Part shown: one piece after another, positions 20,968 through 30,032 of the stretch
Numbering within the stretch: position 1 is the first letter of the stretch
Layout of the letters: each line of letters starts with the position of its first letter
Assembly (NCBI GenBank): GCA_965279035.1
Contig: OZ257142.1
Location: 2,784,001 to 2,848,000, forward strand
From: Bacteroidia bacterium
Lineage (GTDB): Bacteria > Bacteroidota > Bacteroidia > M30B66
Length of the DNA: 64,000 nucleotides
Reading direction: 5' to 3'
Program-made: the position numbers and the translations under genes
The notes under the pieces: generated by a model
Databases searched by the model: none
Told to the model about the DNA's origin: nothing
The model's input: the letters and a program-made list of their open reading frames with translations, nothing else

Positions 20968-21230
20968 AGGACTTGATTTTAGACGTATAAATGAACAGGT
21001 AAAAGGTAGTTTGATTTAAAAGAGATAGAAAAAACAGATTAGCGACTTTATCGGATAAAATCAGGAATTCAATGATTCATTTCATTTATCAATCTGCATT
21101 ATAAAGCAAAAAGATTGGTTTTCTATGTTTCATTCTATTCAAAATAAAGCACTTAAAACATTCTGAATTTTATTTGAATAAAGCAGCTTAAGCAATAGGA
21201 AAAAGCAATGAACTAGATTTACTTTGTAGC

Positions 21231-21764
21231 TTGACCAAACGAATTCTTCTAACAGGTGGTCCCGGTTTCGGGAAATCAAGCATAATCCAAGAATTGGAAC
21301 GCATGGAATTTTCTGTGTTTCACGAAGTTGCTCGACAAATTATTCAACACGAAATCTCCATTGGAGGAACAGCTGTGCCATGGATAGATATTGCTTCATT
21401 TTCGGCAAAGGTGCTTCAAGGTAGAATTGATCAATATGCCGAAGGAGAAAATGGGGTATGGTTTTATGATCGCGGATTGCCCGATATAGCTGGCTTTTTA
21501 CGCAAAGAGAAAAAGGAAACGCCCGAAGATATTTGGCAACTTTGTCAGGATTTCCCTTACGAAAAACAGGTATTTATCACACCGCCTTGGGAAGCCATTT
21601 TTCATCGTGATGCTGAACGAAAAGAAGACTTTGCTGCTGCAATCAAGGTTCATAAAGCATTGGAATCGGTTTATACTGAACTTGGTTATGAACTAATTCC
21701 TGTCCCAATGGGCTCCATTCGTTGGCGAGCTCAATACATATTGAATAAAGCCGGAATCAAGTAA
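21231..21764 (+). CDS. AAA_28 (NadR/Ttd14-like) ATPase
   Basis: LTGGPGFGKSS, FYDRGLPD, PPWEAIF..DAERKE. Confidence 0.85.
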   Translation: MTKRILLTGGPGFGKSSIIQELERMEFSVFHEVARQIIQHEISIGGTAVPWIDIASFSAKVLQGRIDQYAEGENGVWFYDRGLPDIAGFLRKEKKETPEDIWQLCQDFPYEKQVFITPPWEAIFHRDAERKEDFAAAIKVHKALESVYTELGYELIPVPMGSIRWRAQYILNKAGIK

Positions 21765-21775
21765 ATTTGGTCCTG

Positions 21776-23686
21776 ATGGGAAACCCAAAAGAGATACTTG
21801 AGCGTTACTGGGGATTTAAAGAATTTCGTCCGCTACAGGAAGACATCGTACAATCTGTATTAAACAGACACGACACACTGGCATTGCTGCCAACTGGTGG
21901 TGGAAAATCCATTTGTTTTCAAGTGCCTGCCTTATGTTTAGAAAAGCTGTGTATTGTGATTTCACCACTCATCGCCTTGATGAAAGACCAAGTGGAAAAT
22001 TTAGGAAAGAAAGGCATTCAAGCAGGTATGATTTCCTCTTCGATGAAAGCATTGGAAATCGATATGCTGCTCAATCGCTGCTTAGATGGTGAAATGCAAT
22101 TTCTCTATGTTTCACCTGAACGTCTAAAAAGTGAACGTTTTCTTGAAGTCATTCCGAATATGAATATTGGGATGATTGCAGTAGATGAAGCGCATTGCAT
22201 ATCACAATGGGGCTATGATTTCCGCCCAAGCTATACACAGATTGCTGATATCCGTGAAGTATTACCCGGAATTCCCATTATTGCACTCACTGCAACCGCT
22301 ACACCTGAAGTATGTGATGACATTGAAATTCAGCTAAAATTCAAGCAGAATAAGCGGTTTAAGAAAAGCTTTACTCGTTCCAATTTAGGGTATATCGTTC
22401 GTCATACCGAAGATAAACCGGCTCAGCTTTTACGCATTTTACAAAATGTTCAAGGTAGTTCGGTGGTGTATGTACGTAATAGAAAACGTTGCAAAGACGT
22501 GGCTGATATACTTCTCAAAGAAGGAATTTCGGCTTCTTATTATCATGCAGGTTTAGATGGCGCAACCCGCAATTTACGTCAGATTCAATGGATCGAGGGG
22601 CGTGTTCGTGTGATGGTATGCACCAATGCATTTGGAATGGGCATCGACAAACCCGATGTTCGCAGTGTGATTCATCTTGAATTACCCGATTCGCCTGAAG
22701 CTTATTTTCAAGAAGCTGGTAGAGCCGGTCGTGATGGTGAAAAAGCATTTGCCGTATTGCTTACCGACGATGGGGATGAACGTGATTTTGAAGATCGATT
22801 TAATCATGCATTTCCTGGATTTGACACGATTAAAGCTATCTACAATTGGTTAGGAAATTATCTTCAACTACCTGTTGGAGCTGGCGAAGAACAATCATTT
22901 CCATTCGATTTAGGAAGCTTTGCCAAACGTTATAAACAGCATCCCGTAGAATGTTATTCTGGCTTGCGATTTTTAGAACGTGAAGGATTAATTAGTCTTC
23001 AAGAAAATCACTATCAGCCTTCACGCATTTTTATTCCAGTAAATCAAGAGAAAATTTATGAATTCGAATTAGGTCATCCCGAATATGAGCAGGTGTTAAA
23101 AACATTGCTTCGCTCCTATGGTGGCTTATTTCAAGAATATGTACAAATTAGAGAACAGGATATTTCCGACCGAACAGGTATACAATTCAACCGATTAATT
23201 GAGATGTTGAATTATCTCGATAAACTTGGGCTCATCAGCTTTTATGCATCAAATGATGAATCGCAGATTTATTTTACCACGGCGCGTCAACATCCTGATC
23301 GTCTTCCAATTTCCTTGAAACGTTACAACGAACGTCGCGATGCTGCTTTAAAGCGAATGCAAGCTATGTCTCGCTACGTAAGGGAATCGGATGTTTGTCG
23401 TTCGAAATATTTAGTTCATTATTTCGGGGAGAAAAATGCCTTAAGATGTGGTCAATGTGATGTATGTTTAGATCAAGATAAACGGGGAAAATTAGATGCA
23501 TCACTTGAACGGATGCGTGTGAAATTGAAAATGCTCTTGGAAGGTAAATCCATGCATCCTGATGAAATCGTAAAGCAATTCCCTGATAATCCGGATAGGC
23601 TTTTAGAATACATGCGTGTTTGGTTAGATGAAGGAATTCTCCAAGAAACAGAAAAGGGATGGATACAATGGAATTCGAACGATTAA
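21776..23686 (+). CDS. recQ: RecQ family ATP-dependent DNA helicase
   Basis: LPTGGGKS, DEAHCISQWGYDFRP, QEAGRAGRDG, C-terminal Zn-binding CRS...CGQCDVC. Confidence 0.93.
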   Translation: MGNPKEILERYWGFKEFRPLQEDIVQSVLNRHDTLALLPTGGGKSICFQVPALCLEKLCIVISPLIALMKDQVENLGKKGIQAGMISSSMKALEIDMLLNRCLDGEMQFLYVSPERLKSERFLEVIPNMNIGMIAVDEAHCISQWGYDFRPSYTQIADIREVLPGIPIIALTATATPEVCDDIEIQLKFKQNKRFKKSFTRSNLGYIVRHTEDKPAQLLRILQNVQGSSVVYVRNRKRCKDVADILLKEGISASYYHAGLDGATRNLRQIQWIEGRVRVMVCTNAFGMGIDKPDVRSVIHLELPDSPEAYFQEAGRAGRDGEKAFAVLLTDDGDERDFEDRFNHAFPGFDTIKAIYNWLGNYLQLPVGAGEEQSFPFDLGSFAKRYKQHPVECYSGLRFLEREGLISLQENHYQPSRIFIPVNQEKIYEFELGHPEYEQVLKTLLRSYGGLFQEYVQIREQDISDRTGIQFNRLIEMLNYLDKLGLISFYASNDESQIYFTTARQHPDRLPISLKRYNERRDAALKRMQAMSRYVRESDVCRSKYLVHYFGEKNALRCGQCDVCLDQDKRGKLDASLERMRVKLKMLLEGKSMHPDEIVKQFPDNPDRLLEYMRVWLDEGILQETEKGWIQWNSND

Positions 23687-24270
23687 ATCTCTCTTGGTAT
23701 TTAAGGACCGATGTTGTTGCCCAAGCAGAAGAATTAATTGGGAAAGTGATATGCACTAACATTAACGGACAGTATTGCAGCGGAATCATTACAGAAACCG
23801 AAGCTTACGAAGGTGAAATTGATCAAGCCAGTCATGCTTTTGGTGGACGAAGAACAGCTCGCACCGAAACAATGTATCAAGCTGGTGGAATCGCTTACAT
23901 TTATTTGTGTTATGGGATGCATCATTTATTTAATGTAGTAACAGCGTCTGAAGGAATTCCGCATGCTATATTAATTCGAGGAATTCATCCACTCGAAGGA
24001 TTTTCGATTATGCAAGAACGTAGAAAAGGAAAAAAAGCAGGAAAGAATTTTAGCGCTGGACCAGCAACTGCAGCACAAGCCTTGGGATTAAATACTTCAA
24101 TGAATGGAACAACCTTATTGCAAAATTCCATTTGGATTGAAGATCGGAAAGTGAAAATTCCTAAGAATTCTATTGAGAAAAGTCCGCGCATAGGTGTTGA
24201 TTATGCAGGTGAACACGCGCAGTGGTTGTATCGTTTTTTGATCAAAGACGTAACATATCCTCTATATTAA
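23668..24270 (+). CDS. mpg: DNA-3-methyladenine glycosylase (MPG/AAG family)
   Basis: ITETEAY, YIYLCYGMH, AILIRG, SPRIGV. Confidence 0.92.
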   Translation: MEFERLNLSWYLRTDVVAQAEELIGKVICTNINGQYCSGIITETEAYEGEIDQASHAFGGRRTARTETMYQAGGIAYIYLCYGMHHLFNVVTASEGIPHAILIRGIHPLEGFSIMQERRKGKKAGKNFSAGPATAAQALGLNTSMNGTTLLQNSIWIEDRKVKIPKNSIEKSPRIGVDYAGEHAQWLYRFLIKDVTYPLY

Positions 24271-24300
24271 TTTGAATAAATTGCCCCAAAGAAGCATTCA

Positions 24301-24843
24301 ATGAAATTAATCAACCGCTATTTTGCTATTATATGGGCCATTGCCTCTTTTTTGGCTGTATTATTTTGGCTTACATTCTTAAAGCGTTTCGAATGGCAAA
24401 CTTGGTTCGAATACAGTTCCTGTGTATGCGCTTTGTACTTATTTTATTGCAGTCGCTCATTTCGTGGAACTAAATTCAGAACCATAACAATGGCTTCCAC
24501 ATTGGCATTAATCGGATTGGGTTTACGCGTTATGCGTTGGTCGTTTGCTTTCGAAATTCAAGTGCTTTCTACCGGAATGATGATGATTGCGTATTTATTA
24601 TTTTTCATTCGAAACACCAATCAAACTTGGCTCGATTGGATCAAAGTAGTAACGGGAATGCTTGCTGGAATTCTATTTCTACTCCGCTTGTTTCATCTTC
24701 CACTTCCCCTACCCGATTTGGATTTAGCTATGATTTTAATTTGGCCTGTGTATATCAGCATTGCCTATTCAGAAGCCATGGGAATTGACATTTCCGAATT
24801 AAAAAAACAGTCTGCTCCTCAATTACCAGATGATGTTATTTAA
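24301..24843 (+). CDS. Hypothetical membrane protein
   Basis: 180 aa with about 6 hydrophobic segments. Confidence 0.65.
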   Translation: MKLINRYFAIIWAIASFLAVLFWLTFLKRFEWQTWFEYSSCVCALYLFYCSRSFRGTKFRTITMASTLALIGLGLRVMRWSFAFEIQVLSTGMMMIAYLLFFIRNTNQTWLDWIKVVTGMLAGILFLLRLFHLPLPLPDLDLAMILIWPVYISIAYSEAMGIDISELKKQSAPQLPDDVI

Positions 24844-24878
24844 TTTGAATTTTCATACCTCATTTTATCCCTCTTTAA

Positions 24879-24899
24879 TCCCTGAGCTTGTCGAAGGGA
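24879..24899. repeat. REP-like palindrome (CCTGAG...TCGAAGG type)
   Basis: TCCCTGAGCTTGTCGAAGGGA; related copy at 56479-56505. Confidence 0.6.
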
Positions 24900-24938
24900 G
24901 CAAAGAAGGAACAAATAAAAATTAATTACATTTGCGGC

Positions 24939-25592
24939 ATGTCACATTTACTTGCTCCATCCATTTTATCTGCCGATTTTAATCACCTGAGTAAAGACAT
25001 TCAGCTCATTAATGAAAGCGAAGCAGATTGGTTTCATATTGATGTGATGGATGGTGTTTTTGTACCGAATATTTCCTTTGGGTTTCCCATTTTGAAGCAT
25101 GTAAAAAAACTGTCACAAAAGCCGCTCGATTGTCATTTGATGATTGTGGAACCTGATCGTTATTTAGAAGAATTTGCCAAGGCTGGAGCAGATGTTATTA
25201 CTGTGCATTTGGAAGCGTGTAACCACATTCATCGTACGCTACAAAAGATTCGTTCATTAGGAATTAAAGCAGGTGTAGCAATCAATCCAGGAACGCCTAT
25301 TAATCAATTGGAAGATATTGTAAACGATGCTGATTTATTTTTGGTAATGAGTGTGAATCCTGGTTTTGGCGGACAGAAATTCATCCCCAATACCATTCAA
25401 AAAGTATGGGCATTAAAACGCCTGTTGATTCAACACCAAAGCAAAGCAATAATTGAAGTAGATGGCGGCGTTGACGAAAGTAATTATGCCGAATTAGTCG
25501 AAGCTGGCGCCGATGTTTTAGTAGCCGGAAGTGCCGTTTTCAATATGCCCGATCCGAAAAAAGCAATCTTGAATTTAAAGGGGAAAAAGTAA
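24939..25592 (+). CDS. rpe: Ribulose-phosphate 3-epimerase
   Basis: APSILSADF, HIDVMDGVFVPN, MSVNPGFGGQ, VDGG; true start ATG 24939. Confidence 0.97.
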   Translation: MSHLLAPSILSADFNHLSKDIQLINESEADWFHIDVMDGVFVPNISFGFPILKHVKKLSQKPLDCHLMIVEPDRYLEEFAKAGADVITVHLEACNHIHRTLQKIRSLGIKAGVAINPGTPINQLEDIVNDADLFLVMSVNPGFGGQKFIPNTIQKVWALKRLLIQHQSKAIIEVDGGVDESNYAELVEAGADVLVAGSAVFNMPDPKKAILNLKGKK

Positions 25593-25702
25593 TTACGAAT
25601 TATCAATTACGAATTACTTACACCGATTTACTTATTACGATATAAGAATTCAGAACATCGATTATCGCAATTCATTATAATTAAAAATTATCAATTCGTA
25701 AT

Positions 25703-27097
25703 CAGTACTGTCCGGTTAAAGTTTAAATCAGAAAAAAGGAGCGACCATTTCGATCACTCCTTTTGTGATTATTTTTGAGTTACGACACACCAAAATAATC
25801 ATGAGTAAAAGTAAATATTTTACCGGACAGCCGATTTACAGTCAACTCCTTTCTTATCTGCCTCAGACGAAAGTAAAGAACATAGCTGATGAGCATAACG
25901 CTGATAGGTATTATAAGAACTTCAGGACTTATACGCACCTAGTAACGATGCTTTACGCAATCTTTAATCGGTGTACAGGTATCCGAGAAGTGACCTCAGG
26001 CCTACTTGCCTGGGAAGGCAGGATACAGCATTTAGGAATCAACTACTTTCCCAGAAGGAGCACGATTTCAGATGCAAATACCAGTCGACCAGCCGATGTC
26101 TTTGAAGATATTTACTACTGGCTTTATGACCGATACAAGCATTTTTTACCGGACAGCCGAAGTAAAATCGCATCCCGGCTTTATATTGTTGACTCGACAA
26201 CGATTCAGTTGTTTCAGGAAGTTTTGAAAAATGCCGGTCGTAATCCCGCCGATGGTAAGCGCAAAGGCGGTATTAAGGTGCATACTTTAATGAGGAGTGA
26301 TCAAGACGTGCCTTGCTTGATAAGGTTCTCTGCTGGAGCTGGAGCCGACAGCCCATTTCTGCAGAACATACACCTGCAACGTGGGTCCATTGTGGTGTTT
26401 GATCGTGGTTATAATGATTACAAGCAATACAACCGTTTCTCGGAAGAAAATGTCACATGGGTGACCCGATTACGAAACAACACCGTGATCAAAGTCCTGC
26501 GGGAAAAGAAAATTTCAGACAAGGAAAAGCAGAACGGAATTTTGCTCGACCAGATTATAGAAATGGGCCACACCAAGCACAATAACAATACACGAGTGAA
26601 GGCACGTCTTATAAAATATGAGGACAAAAAATCGAAGAGGATATTTGAATTCATAACCAATAACAATCAATTCAAACCCTCCTCAATCGCACTGTTTTAT
26701 AAAAATCGTTGGCAGATCGAATCGCTATTTAAGCGTATCAAACAGAACTATCCGATGCAAAGCTTCCTTGGAGAGAGCGAAAATGCGATCAAAATCCAAA
26801 TCTGGTGTGCCCTGATCGCTGACCTTGTCTTAAAAATTGTCAAAGCAAGAGCTGGTAAAAACTGGTCGTTTTCAAATCTTGCAGCCATGGTCAGGCTACA
26901 TTTGATGACCTATATCAACCTTTTTGAATTCCTCATCAATCCTGAAAAATCGCTAATTAGAAATCAAATTAAATCCTTTCAACTGCCATTGTTCCCTCCA
27001 TAGGGGGCTTTATTTTAAATAAATACCATCAACACCCGCATTTACTGCAACTACAGAAGGTAAATCATGCAATCTCAATTTTAACCGGACAGTACTG
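25703..27097 (+). mobile_element. IS4-family insertion sequence (1395 bp)
   Basis: Perfect 18-bp TIR CAGTACTGTCCGGTTAAA / TTTAACCGGACAGTACTG; 9-bp TSD ATTCGTAAT at 25694-25702 and 27098-27106. Confidence 0.95.
25801..27003 (+). CDS. IS4 family DDE transposase (N-terminal DUF4372-like domain)
   Basis: VDSTTI, VFDRGY and YKNRWQIESLFK (YREK) motifs. Confidence 0.95.
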   Translation: MSKSKYFTGQPIYSQLLSYLPQTKVKNIADEHNADRYYKNFRTYTHLVTMLYAIFNRCTGIREVTSGLLAWEGRIQHLGINYFPRRSTISDANTSRPADVFEDIYYWLYDRYKHFLPDSRSKIASRLYIVDSTTIQLFQEVLKNAGRNPADGKRKGGIKVHTLMRSDQDVPCLIRFSAGAGADSPFLQNIHLQRGSIVVFDRGYNDYKQYNRFSEENVTWVTRLRNNTVIKVLREKKISDKEKQNGILLDQIIEMGHTKHNNNTRVKARLIKYEDKKSKRIFEFITNNNQFKPSSIALFYKNRWQIESLFKRIKQNYPMQSFLGESENAIKIQIWCALIADLVLKIVKARAGKNWSFSNLAAMVRLHLMTYINLFEFLINPEKSLIRNQIKSFQLPLFPP

Positions 27098-27120
27098 ATT
27101 CGTAATTCGTAATTCGTAAA

Positions 27121-27621
27121 TCACTCCAATCCCTTTTTCTTTCGTTCTGCCCTGATTTCTGCTGCACGTTGTAAAATGATGAGCGAACGTTTTATTCGTA
27201 ATTCAGGATTTTTAGTGGAACATACATAATGTAACAAACTGCGCTTATGTCCCGGATTGAGCGCTTCCCAATTATCTCGTCCGATATCATCTTGCAGCAA
27301 TAATTCCTGCATTTCTTCGGGAAGTTCGTAGCCATATTCGGTCTCATCGGCTTGAATTTTTACCTCAACCTCTTGTCCTAATGCAATGTTGCAACTCTTT
27401 ACCGTCTTCATTCCCATTTGAATGACAAAACCATCCAATCCACGTTTTACAATTCCTGCATGAAACGTAAATCCATTCATGGTACAGAGCACTCGAAAAG
27501 GAAATTTATCGCTTAAAACTGCAGCAATTTCATGTGGAATGATTATAAAATGTAAGGATTGAAAACCGCCGTCTGTCTTATCTACAATCGATTTAAAGGA
27601 ATGAGTTGGGGATGGATGCAT
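27121..27621 (-). CDS. DUF1905 / YdeI-OmpD-associated family protein
   Basis: PEEMQELL...WEALNPGHKRSLL...KNPELRIKR C-terminal OmdA-like motif. Confidence 0.8.
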   Translation of the reverse strand: MHPSPTHSFKSIVDKTDGGFQSLHFIIIPHEIAAVLSDKFPFRVLCTMNGFTFHAGIVKRGLDGFVIQMGMKTVKSCNIALGQEVEVKIQADETEYGYELPEEMQELLLQDDIGRDNWEALNPGHKRSLLHYVCSTKNPELRIKRSLIILQRAAEIRAERKKKGLE

Positions 27622-27661
27622 ATTTCAAACATACATCATTTTCCAAAAAAATGGAAGTTTA

Positions 27662-29416
27662 TTAAAATGTCTTACTCAATCCAAATCGAATTCCCCAGCC
27701 GGAATATTTTTGCTGAATTCCAGTTGATTGATTAAATACAGATTGCAAATTGGTTCTGTACTCGGGACGAATAAACAGGCTTGTTGTAGGACGGAAATAA
27801 TAATGCAAATCTAAGCCTACACGTGCATTCAAAACCCAAGGACGAAAATCATCCATCGAATTTAAATTCCGAAATTCCTTTAATTGATTATCTAAATAAT
27901 AACCACGTTTTTGACTTAAGATTCCAACAGAAATTCCAGTTCGAAGAGCAAGTGTTATTTTCTTTTTCTGAATGAAATCATAATCGAAAATCAAAGGAAT
28001 TTCGATATACGAAAATTGTGTTTTACTATTCACTTTTGCAACATCTGCAGCTACTTTACCAGCAGTTGCAACAGTATCGTAAGTGATTAATGTATCAGAA
28101 CTGTACTGCATTATTTGATGGTCAAACTGATTGCCTTGGATATAATAATTTTGAGTAATTGTAGTACTATCTTGACTAATTGTTGACACCGAATTTACCG
28201 ATGTAATTGTCCCATTTAACCAATTAGAATACTGAATTTTTTCTCCGTATTGATTTAATTCTAAACCGCTCGAAATAGCCCAACGTTTTATTTGGTAACG
28301 AACGCCCACTTGGTATGATGCATAGAGCGCACTTTTTTCTTCGGATTTCCGACGATTTATATATTCCGAGTTTGAATTCGCACTGAGTGTTTTATTCACT
28401 TGAAAAACACCTGCACCCAATTCATAGGAAATTGACGATTTCTTCGCTTTTACAGGATAGGCGCTCAAATTGTCCTTGCTTTGGAGTGTTGTAATGGTAG
28501 TTTCAGTAGGAAGATTCACATCAGAATTCATTTTCCAATTTAACGTAGGAAGATATTCCAGTGCAAATTGATTAGAAGCATTGGCTTTTTGTAGAATTAA
28601 CGTAGTTGAATTACTGATTGAATTTAATTCAGAATTAGCAGTAGAATTATCAATATTTTGAATAGCATTTATTTCCTTTTTGGGAGAAGAAATAGCAGCT
28701 ATTGTAGTTGAAGCATTTGAATTTTGCTCTGAGTAGTTTGAAGACGTTGGAATCGAAACCCGATCGTTATTGATAGATCCAGCTTGCGTTTCCGAAATTG
28801 GCTGAGTTGGATTTCCATTGTTTTCGGTATGTTGTTTTATTAAATTTTTGTGATTCTGTTCAGCTGCATTGCTTGATGCTATTACATCTTCATTCGGAAT
28901 AGTAGAGATCTGTGTTGATTTCTTATTTCCTAAATTATTTTGAACACGGATGCTTTTAGAATCTTTTCCAGAAAGTTCAGTGTGTGTTTGAGTGCTTGAT
29001 GTAGCTTGTATTTTTTCTGAAGGATTTTTTTCTGAAATCAATTTTTCATTGCTGCTACTATTTTCATTACTGACTGGTGTTTGTGAAGAAGTATTTGCAG
29101 AATTAATTAGGGATTGCTTAGAAGAATTTTCTTGTTGATTTGATGATGAATTGGTTGAAGAATTTGATTTAGTTTCGATAGTATTGGTTGAAGCAATGGA
29201 TGTTGATTCGCTATGTAGAGTTGCTTTTTGAGAACTAAATGTAGAATCGGATTGTTGAATAAAATAATAGGCAGTCATGCAGGAAAGCAAAACAATAGCA
29301 ACAGAAATAAATCCGGCTTTTTTACCAAAACCTTTTTTATTCTGAAAATGTTGATCCAGCAATTCCTCGGCTCCTGGCCAGAAATCTTCGATCTTGTAGT
29401 TTTCGTTTTCGCTCAT
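27662..29416 (-). CDS. Putative anti-sigma factor: short N-terminus, one TM helix, S/N/T-rich tether, C-terminal beta-barrel
   Basis: Start overlaps the ECF sigma stop; TM FISVAIVLLSCMTAYYFI; ~250-aa low-complexity linker; YIEIPL motif and terminal GIRFGLSKTF. Confidence 0.75.
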   Translation of the reverse strand: MSENENYKIEDFWPGAEELLDQHFQNKKGFGKKAGFISVAIVLLSCMTAYYFIQQSDSTFSSQKATLHSESTSIASTNTIETKSNSSTNSSSNQQENSSKQSLINSANTSSQTPVSNENSSSNEKLISEKNPSEKIQATSSTQTHTELSGKDSKSIRVQNNLGNKKSTQISTIPNEDVIASSNAAEQNHKNLIKQHTENNGNPTQPISETQAGSINNDRVSIPTSSNYSEQNSNASTTIAAISSPKKEINAIQNIDNSTANSELNSISNSTTLILQKANASNQFALEYLPTLNWKMNSDVNLPTETTITTLQSKDNLSAYPVKAKKSSISYELGAGVFQVNKTLSANSNSEYINRRKSEEKSALYASYQVGVRYQIKRWAISSGLELNQYGEKIQYSNWLNGTITSVNSVSTISQDSTTITQNYYIQGNQFDHQIMQYSSDTLITYDTVATAGKVAADVAKVNSKTQFSYIEIPLIFDYDFIQKKKITLALRTGISVGILSQKRGYYLDNQLKEFRNLNSMDDFRPWVLNARVGLDLHYYFRPTTSLFIRPEYRTNLQSVFNQSTGIQQKYSGWGIRFGLSKTF

Positions 29417-29982
29417 GACAAATAGCTTTTTTCATTTCGGAGCATTCCCTGTAATTTGGTTCTTGCTCTAAAAAAATGGACTTTGGAAGTATTGGCTGAT
29501 ATATTTAATAATTCCCCGATCTCTTCGTGTTTATAACCATCAATAGCATATAAATTAAAAACAGCCTTACTCATTGCTGGCAAACTGTCGATCGCTCGTT
29601 GAATAATGGCTAGATTCTCTTTCCATTCCGATTGATCGTCGGCATATTCTGTATTGTTCTTTAATATTTCTTGTTCTTCTTGCAAATCGATGTTTTCACG
29701 ATAGTTTTTATTTCTTCGGAATTCATCAATAATGTGATTTACTGCGATGCGTTTCATCCAATGATAAAAAACCAATTCGTCGTATTTCTGAATAATTGTT
29801 TCCATCGATTGAATGAGCTTTAAAAAACTCATATTAACTGCTGATTTTAATTCATCTTCGTTTTTATAATAGCGTCGACAAATCTGAATCAGGTCTTTAA
29901 AACACCACTCATACAAAGCATAATGAGCCTTCCGGTCATTGCCCTTGCATTGCTTTAAAAGGGAGAGTGGTGGATTTTCCAT
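29413..29982 (-). CDS. ECF-type RNA polymerase sigma factor
   Basis: Region 2 WMKRIAVNHIIDEFRR; region 4 LPAMSKAVFNLYAIDGYKHEEIGELLNISANTSK. Confidence 0.92.
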   Translation of the reverse strand: MENPPLSLLKQCKGNDRKAHYALYEWCFKDLIQICRRYYKNEDELKSAVNMSFLKLIQSMETIIQKYDELVFYHWMKRIAVNHIIDEFRRNKNYRENIDLQEEQEILKNNTEYADDQSEWKENLAIIQRAIDSLPAMSKAVFNLYAIDGYKHEEIGELLNISANTSKVHFFRARTKLQGMLRNEKSYLS

Positions 29983-29984
29983 TG

Positions 29985-30018
29985 AAAAAAAAGCTCCCCG
30001 CCACACCGACGGAGAGCT
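29985..30018 (-). terminator. Intrinsic terminator between the T9SS cargo gene and the ECF sigma gene
   Basis: Minus strand AGCTCTCCGTC-ggtgt-GGCGGGGAGC followed by T8. Confidence 0.8.
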
Positions 30019-30032
30019 ATGAAAGAGAACAA

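Larger units (their letters stand above)
25591..27119. repeat. Inverted heptamer arrays (AATTACG)n ... (CGTAATT)n, interrupted by the IS4 element
   Basis: aattacgaattatcaattacgaattac at 25591; attcgtaat at 25694; attcgtaattcgtaattcgtaa at 27098. Confidence 0.7.
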
